Of a DNA stretch of 64,000 nt, positions 13,127-24,324 are shown one piece after another (position 1 is the first letter of the stretch; each line of letters opens with the position of its first letter). The DNA comes from Cyanophora paradoxa CCMP329 (lineage: Eukaryota; Plantae; Glaucophyta), in assembly GCA_004431415.1 (NCBI GenBank), contig QPMI01000393.1, forward strand, positions 23,830-87,829, read 5' to 3'. The notes beneath the pieces are model-generated. The model was not told the origin of the DNA and ran no database searches. It saw only the letters and a list, made by a program, of their open reading frames with translations. The translations under genes and the position numbers were made by a program.

Positions 13127-13484
13127 CTATAGAACGGGAAATATTTAGGACACTGAATCTTTTTAGTATTAAATTCTGGAGGCCTGATTACTAAATATTT
13201 ATCGTATACTAAATCCGAAGGTTGGGGTGGGGGGGTACGTAGCCCGTGCAGCCGAAGTTGCAGCGCAGGAGAAGCATGCCGCGCCGGCGCCGCCGATGAG
13301 AGCGCAAAAGCGCGCAGCGTTTCTCCTGATTCCTGACCCCTCGCGCGCGCCGCGCCCACCCCTTCTAAAGGCCGCTACTAAAGCGCTCCGCGCGGCTGAC
13401 TCTTAAATATTTTCAGCCTACTAAACCAGCCGAACCCCGGAATTACTAAATATTTTGGGGTCTTAAATATTACCCGTTCTACAG
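13127..13484. mobile_element. MITE with about 21-bp TIRs (Tc1/mariner-like)
   Basis: ctatagaacgggaaatattta ... taaatattacccgttctacag followed by TA. Confidence 0.55.
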
Positions 13485-13671
13485 TAACGACGACCGTCGG
13501 ACATTGTCGATGTCGGACAGTCGATCGGAGGCTGGGCCCGGGAGACCGACATTAATTATATATAATTACCGTCAGATGCCTGACAGACGGTAACCCTACT
13601 CCGATCCGGCCTGACGGTACCCGCCTAACATAAAACATTGACAGCTGCATGCAGTACGTACGGTGCCAGTA

Positions 13672-13911
13672 CTGTAGAACTGGTTAATTTAGTACAGGAA
13701 AATAATTAGTACTTCGCCAAAACTGCCACTTTAGCGGCTGGTAAAACTTTAGTAGGTCAGTCTTCGCAGGGCGTTTGTATGGCGGAGGCGGGGCTACCCC
13801 TACAAATTCAATGCGATTCTCGGCTTTAGCAGGCGAGAAATATTTAGTAGATCGCCCAAAAACTTTTAGTACTATAAATATGCAGCCCACTAAATATTTC
13901 TAGCTCTCCAG
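13672..13911. mobile_element. TA-flanked MITE
   Basis: ta|ctgtagaactggttaatttagt ... actaaatatttctagctctccag|ta, imperfect TIRs. Confidence 0.55.
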
Positions 13912-14081
13912 TACCTCGGACCGTCGGACCGGATCCGTGAGTCCGGATCCGGCCGGGTCACCGTGGCACCGCCGACTCACCGGCCCGGCGCCGGCGGGTC
14001 CTCTAAAATTTTGAGCGCAGTTATAATTATATCAACTTATATGCATATATGGTAGCGCAGTACTAGTATACGTAGAATCGT

Positions 14082-14083
<2 letters not shown>

Positions 14084-14117
<34 letters not shown>
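14084..14117. repeat. (AT)n microsatellite
   Basis: Perfect AT dinucleotide run. Confidence 0.9.
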
Positions 14118-14120
<3 letters not shown>

Positions 14121-14376
14121 AGCGCGGTAATCGATGATGCCATCATTGCCATGATGCCGATGATGATACCGGTATATGGCAACCTCGATCGCGAGCTCCG
14201 GCCCCCGGGATCCACAGGCGGGGAAGCACGAGGGGTACCGGTATATCACCATATCACCGTATACTAGTATACGTACCGGGTACTACCGGCCCGGCGGACT
14301 CCGGGACGCGGCCGAGCATGCACAGTGCATGCGCACCTAGCTATACTAGTAGCCTATACTATATGATAGGGTTACC

Positions 14377-14990
14377 TAGGCTTGCGGCTAGCGGGGTCGC
14401 GGGCCGGCTCGAGCCGAGCCTAGCCAGCCCGAAAAGCGGCTCGAGCCGCTAGCTAGCCTGGCTAGCCTCGGCCGCTTTTCGCCTTCCCTAGCCGGCTAGC
14501 TAGCCTGCTAGCCCGGCTAGTCTCTCCCCCCCCCCCCTCGAGCTCCCCTCTCTCGCACGAAGTCCACAATGACTCCACATACGATCGCGGCGGTGACGAT
14601 CTGATTCGCCTGCTTCTGATCACGGCGGTGACGATCGATCGGATGCTGCTGTCGGAGGCGATTGACGTGAACTGGAGGCGACCGGAGCGAAATGCTGGAA
14701 CATGGTCGGCTGCTGTGCGGCGTGGAAGGTGCGGCTAGGCGCAAACTTCGGCCCCATCGCGAGGCTACGCGAGCGCTGCAGCTGGCTACGAGCCGGCAGT
14801 GCGTTGTATAGCGTACGCCAGCTACGGCTGCCCCGGCTAGCCCCCCCCGGCTAGCCAGCAGGCTAGCCTCCCCCCGCGCTAGCCGGGCTTGCAAGCCGGC
14901 TAGCCATTTCCAAACGGCGGCTCGAGCCGGCCGCCAAAGTCCGCTAGCCTAGCCGGCTTGCTAGCCGGCTAGGCTCGAGCCGCAAGCCTA
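14377..14990. mobile_element. hAT-type MITE inserted into the TIR of another hAT-like element
   Basis: TIRs taggcttgcggct / agccgcaagccta and 8-bp TSD gggttacc (14369-14376 and 14991-14998). Internal gctagc/ccgg repeats. Confidence 0.8.
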
Positions 14991-15253
14991 GGGTTACCGC
15001 ACTGGGGCACCGACAATTCGAATTCGGACCGCCGGCCGCGCCGGGCCGGGAGCTCGACCAGCGCTGGCCGTGGCCATGGCACTGATGATGGCAGGCAGTG
15101 GCAGCACCTCGATCGACCGGCCCGGCGGCGACGTCGACTCGCGAATCGCGATCGGCGAGCTCAGACCGTCGCCGGGCGGCCGGGGCGGCCTGCAGCTGGC
15201 ACACGCGTACGGCCGCACACGCAGCCTGGCAGGCGTAGGGCCGGCGGCGGTTC

Positions 15254-18200
15254 ATGCGTTTCAAATTCGCGATGCATATAAACGCGTACGGGTTCTGGAT
15301 CGCGTCTGCGAGCTGCGCAGTCGTCGCCATTTGGGCGGTCTGCGGCTGGCCATGCACTCCAGGCCTGGCGATAGGGGCACTCGCTGATCATGAACTCGAC
15401 CACGTGCACGAGCTCGAGCTCGAGCTCGTCTGCTGGTGGCTTCAGCGGGCTACGCGTCCCAGCCTGCTCGGACCTCCGGACGATCTGTATGTTCGAAGTG
15501 AGCGCATCTTTCGAATTCCTGTGCACGTGGGCGTCTAGATCTCATGCATGCGCATATATATGATCATGATCCGGCCGCGGGCAAACGTACGCGTCGACAT
15601 ATGCATGGGCCAGCGCTAGCCTATATATGCATATTAACGGCAGCATGCGCATGCGCACGTGCACGTGCATCCTAGTACTAGCTATAGTACCAGTATACGC
15701 AAGCTAACACTGCGCATGCGCATGCGCAGGGCTGGTCCGTCACGTGCGAGATGCTAGCGCTGTTGACGTCGGAGCTGCGCTTACGCACGCCCTCCGCTGC
15801 CTGTCGGCGCGGCTGGAAGACCGGCGACTCGGATTCGTCGCGGCGTCCAAGACCCTCGCCGTGGCGCACCGCATCATCGACGCCACAGCTGCGGATGCCA
15901 GGGACCGATCAATATCGGTCATGAAACACGTGCACGGTACGCGTACGTCCGCGTCGTGCGCGTGCGCGTGTGGGCAATCACATGTACGCATACTAATAAA
16001 ATTCCGTATGCGCAGCGAACACGACGATGCGGCAGGCGTCGAATGAGCTGACAGCCGCCGTCGAAGCGCTTTCCGCGCGGTGGGACCGGGCGGTAAATTC
16101 AGCCGAGAGAGAGGAGCACCAGGACGCGTCTGCGGCTGCGATCATTCAAGAGTCGACGTTCGTCCTGTCGTCTCTCGCCGCCATGCTGGCAGAGAAGCTG
16201 CGAGCGCTGTCGAGCCATGATACCGATTCTGCACATGCCGGCCGGGGCGCTTGCCAGTGCGTGATCCGATTTGATGATCAACGCCATAATACATAATAGT
16301 CTTTAATTTCTACGATATTCTCTCGCAGGGGCGCTGGTGGCTTGCAAAAATTGACAAGAGCACTGAACGTGGTCCCTGCCATCGAAAAGGCCCTGCAAGT
16401 GGCCCTCTGGTGCGCTTTGTTCTCTCACTTCACCATGCATAAATATTTGACGAATCCGAATACATATCGACGCCGCTGACGTCGACGGGGCTGGGGCTGG
16501 CCTGGGCGCCGTCTCGGACAGGCACGCGGACGGGCGCCGGGCGCTGGAGGAGGGCGCGGCGCTCTCCGCGGGCCCCGACGAGAGCTCCTCCGACTGGGAG
16601 GTCATCTCCCGCCAGGCGAGTCCATATTCATCTTAGATTATCTAATTATAATAATATACGAGTGTATGCGCACTATTTTGGAAACAACTGACCGCAATAT
16701 TATCAAGCAGAAGGCTGCGTCGCTCCCTCTGCTGCTGTGCGAGGCCAGAGCTGTTCTCGGCTCCGCACTGATCTGCCTCGGGGATTTACGAGGTGCACGC
16801 CCGCGCGAAGCGCCCGCGGGACGCGCTGCGAGCTTTTGCCACATAGCTCTTAGCCTTCCTCGCCGAGTCAGGGCCTACCAGGCCCCCTTCCCCCCCCCTC
16901 CCTCCCCCCCCGCCTCGAGCTCCCCCCCCAGTTTCCCGCGCTCCCCCCCCCCCTCCCCCACTCCCGTCTCCTCCCGTCCCCGCTTCCCCCCCCCCCTCCC
17001 TCCCCCCCTCTCCCCCCGGCCCGGCCCCGTTCCCCGCCCCCACTCTCCGAATCCCCCGCCGGATAGGCCATGTATCCCTGCCCCCGCCGTAAATCTCTCG
17101 CCCCCCCCCCTCCCCACACCCCGCCTTACGGGCCCTTCAGCTTTATATCCGGATCCGGATCGGATGATCTGTATTTGCTGACTGTGTGATTCAGCTTTCT
17201 CGCAGGAGCTCGCGATCGCGACTGAGCTCAAGGCCGGTCGTGACATCGTTCGCAACGCACACCGATCGCTGCTGGTAATATGAACTATTGTTCGATCGAC
17301 ATTGCGAAGGTTGGGCGTGAAAAATTAGTGATTGTGGGTGCGGACGCGCAGGCGTTGTCTCGAGAAGCAGAAAAGATACACGAAGTGCGAGCTGCGAGGA
17401 TTGGTTTGCCCGATATTAATCTAGATCATGAGAATGAGAACGAGCTCAAATTTGAAGTAAGCTTGCTTTGCGCATGCTTATATAATTATATATACACAAT
17501 ATTTAATTTGAAACATAACTAATATTATATTCCCGAGCGCTAGCTCGAGCTCACGCGTATACTTATATACGTACAGAATTCGAACTTCGACCATGCGCAT
17601 CAAGCCTACCGGCCTTGCGATTGGGAGACCTTCGAGTTCTCCCGGCCGATTGCAGATGGCCAGGATGATCTCGAATGGGCCGACGCCGGATTTGAATCAC
17701 CGCATCGACACTTCGAATTCGACGCGTGGAGAATCGACACCCGAAAGGTGCGTGTGTGCATGCGCACTAAGATAGTATACACACCTGCAAGCTGCAGCTG
17801 ATTTGAGCGTGCAGTTGAGAATTGGCAAGCGAATTGCGCGAGACACCGGCGGTCACGATGACACGCTCGTCGAAGTTTTTCAAGGACAATACAGAGGTTT
17901 GTTTAATGAACCAGACCTGCAGCGCTAGCTGTACTACGGTAGACATACGTATACGCAAGCTTTGACGGCTTCGCGATTGCAGGCAAGGACGTCGCCGTGA
18001 AGAGGATGACGCACAGGGACGAGTACGCGCACGCGACCTGGGACACCGAGCGGCAGATGTTCCTCAGACTGCGGGGCGAAGCCGACCTGCACTGGTGCGC
18101 TTCCCACCCGATCGCGATTTATATTCGGCAATATAAATGCCACGTGCATTTTCATAGATGTCACATCATTATTTAAAAATCGTGCTCGATTGCGAGCTCG

Positions 18201-19652
18201 TGTTAACGTTAACGTTGTGCAGGTCCCTGCAGTCTCCGCGGGTTGTAGCCCTCGTCGGGGCTTCGCTCAGGCCCCCCGGCCCCGTGCTCGGTGAGAATTT
18301 GAAGTTCATGCGCATGCGTAGCCACGTCCCGTAGTACGACGGAGGCTTTATTTAAATCCAACAGTGACGGAGTACATGGCACGAGGGAACTTGAAACAGA
18401 TTATTCGGGTGCGCTCTGCGCTTGCGCGTGTAATAATTCAATGATTACCTCAAGCATTAAATAATTTAAATCATGATTATGCGCACACGCGCAATAAGAA
18501 TTCTTTAAAAGACCTCGTCTGCGTGCACGTGCACGCGTACATTCACCGTGGCACATCAATTCATCATGGCATCACGTTTGAGTTTAATTCCCGAGTCCGC
18601 AGAACAGCTCCTTAATCCAGGCGCTGGACTGGAGTAGAATTGTGATGATGGCTCTTCAGGCTTCCGAAGGTGCGAGAACTGTTGACATTACGTATACTGA
18701 TCATTAATATTAATTTTGAATATTTCGTTCTGCGCCCAGGCCTGCATTTTCTCCACAGCAGAGCGCCCCCTGTGATACACAGAGACGTCAAGGTGTGCAA
18801 TTCGTGAAGCGTCCGCGTGTCGTTTACTGATACTTCAGCATACGCAAAATCATATATAATTTCTTGACCATGTGATTAGTCGGAGAATTTCTTTGTTGTG
18901 CGTAAATGATCGTCTACAAGTTGCATGCGCTTTCTCGATTCGGATCTGACTGTGCAGGAACATAGGACGACCGGTTTAACGTCAAGATTGGCGGTCCGTT
19001 AACGTTACCCATTTCTTAAGCTTGTCCTCGAGTTTTGTTGGGGATGTGGTTTGATGCGTTGCGCAGACTTGGGTCTTGCGCGATCGCTCTTAGATGGGCC
19101 TCTGTCGCAGGAGGGAATCCACCCCGTCGGCGACCGCCACGTACGTGTACCCCTCTTCGAATTACATTAAAAACCCCATTTCGTCTGCGATCGACATCGA
19201 GCTCACGATCGCCGCGCGGCGGCCGCGGGCAGTACCGGGCGCCGGAGGTGGAGCGGATGGGGCCGTACAGCGAGCGGAGCGACGTGTTCGGCCTCGGGGT
19301 CGTCCTCTGGGAGCTCCTCGCCCGCCGCCCCGTCGACGGCTGGGTCCGCCACGAGCACGTGCGCCCGCACGCCCCGCTTTCGTGAGCTTGCAATAAATAT
19401 ATATCACAATTGGCTTAGCGTTTAGTTTGCCCACTCGTTTGGCGTGATCCGTGCAACGTTGGCGTGATCAACGCGTACGCTGCGCAGATCAAAGCGCGGG
19501 TGATGGAGGGGGGCGAGCGGCCGCCCGTCCCGCCCGACCTCCCGCCCGCCCTCGCGCGGCTCCTCGCGCGCTGCTGGGCCGAGGACCCCGCCGCCCGGCC
19601 CCCCACCGCCGAGATCGTGGACACCCTGCGGCGGGCGGTCGCAGCGACATGA
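15254..19652 (+). CDS. Tyrosine-kinase-like (TKL) protein kinase, multi-exon, copy 1 (5' end uncertain)
   Basis: Exons KDVAVKR, VTEYMARGNL, GLHFLHSRAPPVIHRDVK, VKIG/DLGLAR, YRAPE, SDVFGLGVVLWEL, RPPVPPDLPPALARLLARCWAEDPAARP. Confidence 0.75.
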
Positions 19653-20389
19653 GCCCTACAGCTAGTTATAGGCCTTGACGGCATCTATCGACTGTGCAGA
19701 TTAAATGCGTGATGACGCATATGACCGGCAGCTGCACCTGGCACATGGTATCCAATGATCTCGCGAATTTTCAAATGGGCGCGGCCCGGCGGGTGGATTG
19801 GCATGCGCAGCACCGCAGCGCGTGCAGCCATATGCTATTAATATTGCTAGCGCTAGATTCTCTCTCGGATCCCGCTTCAGCTTTCTTCAATTTGCTGTGC
19901 AATATACGTAGTGCTCTGAAACCGGCGGGCCTTGGCCATGGCGTGGGGGGCCACGTCGGGGTGCTTCTCTCCGAGGACCGCCTGCCGCGCCCGCAGGCAC
20001 GCCATGCCAGCGCATGCCGGCCGAAGCGGAGGCTCAGGGGGGCGCCGGGGGGCGGATCCGGAGGGCTGGGGAGGGGGACGGCGGGGTGGGGGGTACGCGC
20101 CCTGTAGAGGCCCTCCGCCTCCTCGTACCGCTGCCGGCGGGGGTACCTTTGTCAGCGCTCGCCCTGGTCGGCCCGCCCGGCGCCGCGGGGCGCTCGACCG
20201 AGACGCTAGGGCGACCCCCCATCTATTCCAAGCGGGCGCTCCCCTCGAGCTTCCCTCCAGGCTCCCCCGCGCCCCCCGGAAAGAGGATCTGGCTGCAGCC
20301 GGGCCCGGGGCGGCCCGCCCGGCGCGGGGCGGCGCGGGGGTACCGCTGCCGGCCGCTGAGCGCTCGCCGGCGCGGCGCGGCGCTGGACC

Positions 20390-21708
20390 CAGGCGCTATG
20401 GGCGACCTCCTATCCATCCCCAGCGGGCGCCCTCCTCCATCGCGAGCTCCCCCCGGCCGCGGCCCCCCCGCGCCCCCCGGAAAGAGGGTCTGGCTGCTGC
20501 CGAGCGGGAAAGGCGGGCCTGCGCGGCGAAGTGGAGGCCGGCGGCGTCAATAACGTTGCTGAGGGAGCTCGCCGTCTCGGGGTGCGAGGCGCCCAGCGCC
20601 CCCTCCCGCGCCCCCCGCGACCGCTGCGAGGGTGGGGGGCGCCCGCGCATGAGGGGAAGCCGCCGCTGCCGTCATCGGAGGCCGCGAGGTTGGACGGAAG
20701 GAGCGCCCTCGGGCATAGGCTCTAAGAGCGCAGGGGCCGCGGGCCCGGGGCCGCTCGCGGCCGGCAGTAGGGGCCCGCGAGGCTACTAAAAGCGCCTGCG
20801 GTGCTACTGGGAGCGCCCTTGGGCCGCGGACGGCGGTGGGGGCCAGCGGGGCGTGGCGGGGCGGGCACGTCGTAGAGGGTGGAGGCTTCGTGGAAGTGCC
20901 CCTGCGTGCCCCGCGGTTAGCCGGCCGGGCGCCTCCAGGGCGCGGCGCTGGGGCAGCTGGCTCCGCCCCGCGCGCCCCCCGCCGCCTCCCGTGCAACCGA
21001 ATACGAAGCTCCTGAGCACCCAAGTCTAAGCTTAGACCTAATCCTCAGCCTCCGAGACGGACCTGGGCGAAGCGGAGCTTGCCGAGGGCGTTCACCGAGG
21101 CCGCCGTGTCCGGGTGGCAAGCCCTGCGGGGGGGAGAAAGGGTGCCGCCGCCGCTCAGGCCGAGGGAGCGGGGCGGAAGAGAGAAAGGGCGGGGCGGGGC
21201 TGTGGGCAGCCGTCTCCCAGAACTATATATACCCGGATCTAAACCAAGAGAGGAAGGGGAGAAAGGCGGGCGTGGCGGGGCGCGCGGACCCGAAGACGGC
21301 CTCCCTGACCTCGATGGCCCGCTGCGCCCCCGGCTCAGAGAGAGAAGGGGCGAGGGGCCTAAAAATAGCTGGGGGAAGGGGGGGTAGAGGTGCCTGCAGG
21401 AGCGCCTCGGCCTCCTCGTAGCGCGCCTGCCACGGCCTCAGATCGGCGGGGGGAGGGGGGGGGGAAGGGGGCGCGCCTGGGCGGTGCGGAGGCGGCCCAT
21501 GGCGGTGAGCGTGCTCGCCACGTCGACGTCGGGGTGCGAGCTCGAGGGCCTGCGAGCTCGAGCAAGCCGGGGCGGGCCGGCTTAGAAGGGGGAGGGGAGA
21601 AGGAGGATGGGGCGGGGTACCCAAGGGCGCAGCCGCAGCGCTTTCTGCGCGGCGCAGAGCTCAGAAGGAGGAGGAAAATAAAAGCAGCCATAGGGCGAAG
21701 CCATAGGG
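20390..21708 (-). pseudogene. 3' part of a kinesin-light-chain-type TPR repeat gene split by the provirus
   Basis: Micro-exons HPDVDVASTLTAMGRLRTAQ, ARYEEAEALLQ, RAIEVREAVFG, HPDTAASVNALGKLRFAQ, GHFHEASTLYD, HPETASSLSN. Extent approximate. Confidence 0.6.
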
Positions 21709-21803
21709 ACACATATGTATAAACTTATTTAAATCCCTCGTTCATCTCGATCGCTTCGCGATCTCGATTCACTCAGGATTTAAATAAGTTTATACATATG
21801 TGT
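21709..21803. repeat. Terminal hairpin: 28-bp perfect stem, 39-nt loop with nested gatcgc-ttc-gcgatc hairpin
   Basis: acacatatgtataaacttatttaaatcc (21709-21736) pairs with ggatttaaataagtttatacatatgtgt (21776-21803). Confidence 0.93.
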
Positions 21804-22114
21804 CAAAATTAATACTAAAATACGTATTTATCGATTAAATTCTTTAACTTTTTATGCAAATTTTGTATAAATTAATGCAAACTTTGTATTAAAAATGAAA
21901 AACGCGTTTAACTTTATGCATATTTACGATTGCATCAATTGATCTTATATCGATTGATTATGTTCTTTGTCGATTACATATATAACTGCGATAGATTAAC
22001 ATTAAACTACTTAAAGATCGATATAATCGCGATTAAATTGCATAAATTCGCATAAACTCGATATATCTCATCGGTATTGAAGTAGACCACCGCCCATTGT
22101 GTATCGAAAAACGC

Positions 22115-22373
22115 AAAAAGTGTCACAGAGTTGCATTGTGTCCAATTGAACAATCGATGAGATTGCTGATTTGCATTTTTGCACCCAAAAACTGTCACAG
22201 AGTTGCATTATCTCCCATTAAACAATCGATTAGATTGCGGGATTTTCTATTGGAATATATCGGAACTGCATTATGTCCAATTAAACAATCGATGAGATTG
22301 CGGATTTATATTTTAGATTGAAAAAAGTGTCACAGAGTTGCATTATCTCCAATTGAACAATCGATTAGATTGC
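22115..22373 (+). repeat. Four degenerate tandem repeats (about 65-70 bp period) inside the TIR
   Basis: Core tgcattrtstccaattraacaatcgatkagattgc repeated four times. Confidence 0.8.
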
Positions 22374-22486
22374 ATATGTTCTATAAAACAGAATAATTGA
22401 GATCAAGTGTGACAGGTAGTATTCAAATGATATTCAGTAAGAGATAGTTTTGTTTTTGAGAAAGTCAGTAAGAGGGGTGGAATGTC

Positions 22487-22925
22487 TGTGACGCCTGTGA
22501 CGGCTGTGACGCCTGTTTTCAGAAGTCTGTCATTTTTGAAAATTTTAAAAAGTTTGAAAGTAGGTGTCACAGGCGTCACAGGCGTCACACTCAATTAAAT
22601 TAGGTGTCACAGCGAAATTGCAGACCATTTCCAGTAAGACAACTTCGCATTTTCAAAAAGGTTGATTAATGGATAGTGTTTTGTAGGTGTCAGAGGTGTC
22701 ACAAGACGGATTTCAGTAAGACAAGAATATATTTTCGAAAATCTCAGTAAGAGAAAGAGATTCCATTTTTAATTGGGTGTGACGCCTGTGACGGCTGTGA
22801 CGGCTGTTTTCAGAAGTCTGTCATTTTTGAAAATTTTAAAAAGTTTGAAAGTAGGCGTCACAGGCGTCACAGGCGTCACAGTCAATTAAAGAGGCGTCAC
22901 AGTCAATTAAATAGGTGTCACAAGA
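22487..22925. promoter_or_regulatory. Two iteron cassettes (inverted 9-bp gtcacaggc repeats around an AT-rich spacer); putative replication origin
   Basis: (tgtgacgcc)x3, then ttttgaaaattttaaaaagtttgaaa, then (gtcacaggc)x3, at about 22487-22590 and 22778-22880. Origin function is inferred. Confidence 0.55.
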
Positions 22926-23114
22926 CGGATTTCAGTAAGACCATCTGAAATTCTGAATATCTCAGTGTCAACTAACTCGGAAATCGCAATACTCTATGTT
23001 TCTCCGATTTCTCCAACCCTGAAAACACACCTGTTATTCTCTCATCTATCTCATGAGATACTCTCGTTTCGCCAAAAATTGACAAACGATTTCCCATCAT
23101 GCTGTAAAGGAAAG

Positions 23115-23381
23115 ATGCCGATTAACCAGCAATATCACAATTTCCATGGGACTTACATCTTGATTGTGAATAGAATGCAAGATCATTATGAGATCTTTCA
23201 AGAGATGGGATTGCGAATTACAAGGAGATCAACTCTTTGTAGATTCTTGAAAAGGAATGGTGCTAAATGGGATAAGACAATTCGCCGATGGTATACAGAA
23301 GATCCAAAGAGTCCCCTTCTTAATATTTTCGAGACAGATGGAGAGTTCTTCTATCAGGATCGGTTTAATCATTACCAATAG
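23115..23381 (+). CDS. Small viral protein with GAKWD..RRWY (DUF5710-like) motif
   Basis: ATG in aaagATGcc context; LKRNGAKWDKTIRRWY. Confidence 0.5.
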   Translation: MPINQQYHNFHGTYILIVNRMQDHYEIFQEMGLRITRRSTLCRFLKRNGAKWDKTIRRWYTEDPKSPLLNIFETDGEFFYQDRFNHYQ

Positions 23382-24296
23382 CCAGAAACTCCAACTGGAA
23401 TGAGTTGTCAATCCCATTCATGTCTACAAGATCACCATAATAATCTCGAAACTCAACTGTTAACTCTCTAATCACCAGGTTTCGATCGGTTATTTTTATG
23501 TATTCACTGTGCTCTCCACTGTGATAAACATACTGTCCAATATCTTTACTCAATTGCAATCTGAGAATCGCCCCTTGATTCTGTGGTTGTGATCTTGGGA
23601 CAATATTGTGGTTTGTAGCAAATGGGGAGAGTTCTTTAATGTGCATGTATAAATACTGTTCTGCATTCATGTCTGTCATCTTGGATGCTTCTAACTTGTA
23701 GTTTAAGCGAGATGCCTCGAATTCATATCCTGTGAATGTGATTCCCCATTGGGGATGGTTTGGGGTGATTGGGATTCCTGCAAAATAGAGGAAATTCTCG
23801 GGGCATATAAAGACCTTGCAGACTCTGGGAAATCGTAGGTTTGCTCAATTGAAGCGACCCACTCCACAGAACTAACCCCAAGAAGTTTACCCAATCTCTG
23901 TGTAGATGCTACCATCTCGAATTGAACATTACTGTAAAACTCCAATTTGTAGGAAGTAGGGTTGTAGTAGACCTTGAATGCATATGTGAGATTGTTGCTT
24001 CCAGTAAAGGTGAAATTCAGACCATAATTATATGGACTGGTGACCCCGAAATGCCCTTGATTAATATAACCACTTGGGAGAAGGTATACCTGTTTGGTTT
24101 CAGAGATGCCTTGGTAGTAGAATCTGACAAGAAGGTGATCTGTTCCAATGGAGTTATAGATGCTGTTGGGGATTTCTGCATACAAAACTCGACATTCTCT
24201 TGGTTTAGTCACTGGGGTTGTGAGTGAAACTTTGTAGGAGTTTTCTATTTGTCCATCTGATCGGTCTCTGCTATCTATATTGACCAGCCGAATCAT
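23365..24296 (-). CDS. Minor capsid (penton) protein 1, one frameshift near 23800
   Basis: N-terminal IDSRDR...EIPNSIYN and C-terminal LTVEFRDYYGDLVDMNGIDNSFQLEF are penton-like motifs. Adding one base in a C run joins the two ORFs. Confidence 0.78.
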
Positions 24297-24324
24297 TTTA
24301 ATATATGTTTATAGATAAAAGAAG

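Larger units (their letters stand above)
12243..13598. mobile_element. Cluster of interleaved hAT-like non-autonomous element ends (TAGGGTTACC...GGTAACCCTA)
   Basis: Inverted pair ggttaccgcaccgacaattcggagcttcgtca (about 12252) and its complement (about 13057-13088). Second pair tagggttaccgtc (12296) and gacggtaacccta (ends 13598). No transposase ORF. Confidence 0.55.
21709..23067 (+). repeat. Left terminal inverted repeat (1359 bp)
   Basis: Reverse complement of 48155-49513. Mirror ORFs in the track (22007..22198 vs 49024..49215 and others) translate identically, and mirrored coordinates sum to 71222. Confidence 0.95.

Noticed and set aside
16885-17125. C-rich tract giving a proline-rich extensin-like ORF
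   Set aside because: Low-complexity insert in a kinase intron, absent from the paralog and likely error-prone sequence.
22007-22594. ORFs inside the TIRs (e.g. MSVTPVTPVT, MCIEKRKK) and their mirrors at 48628-49215
   Set aside because: They are translations of DNA repeats with non-ATG starts and no protein-like signal.
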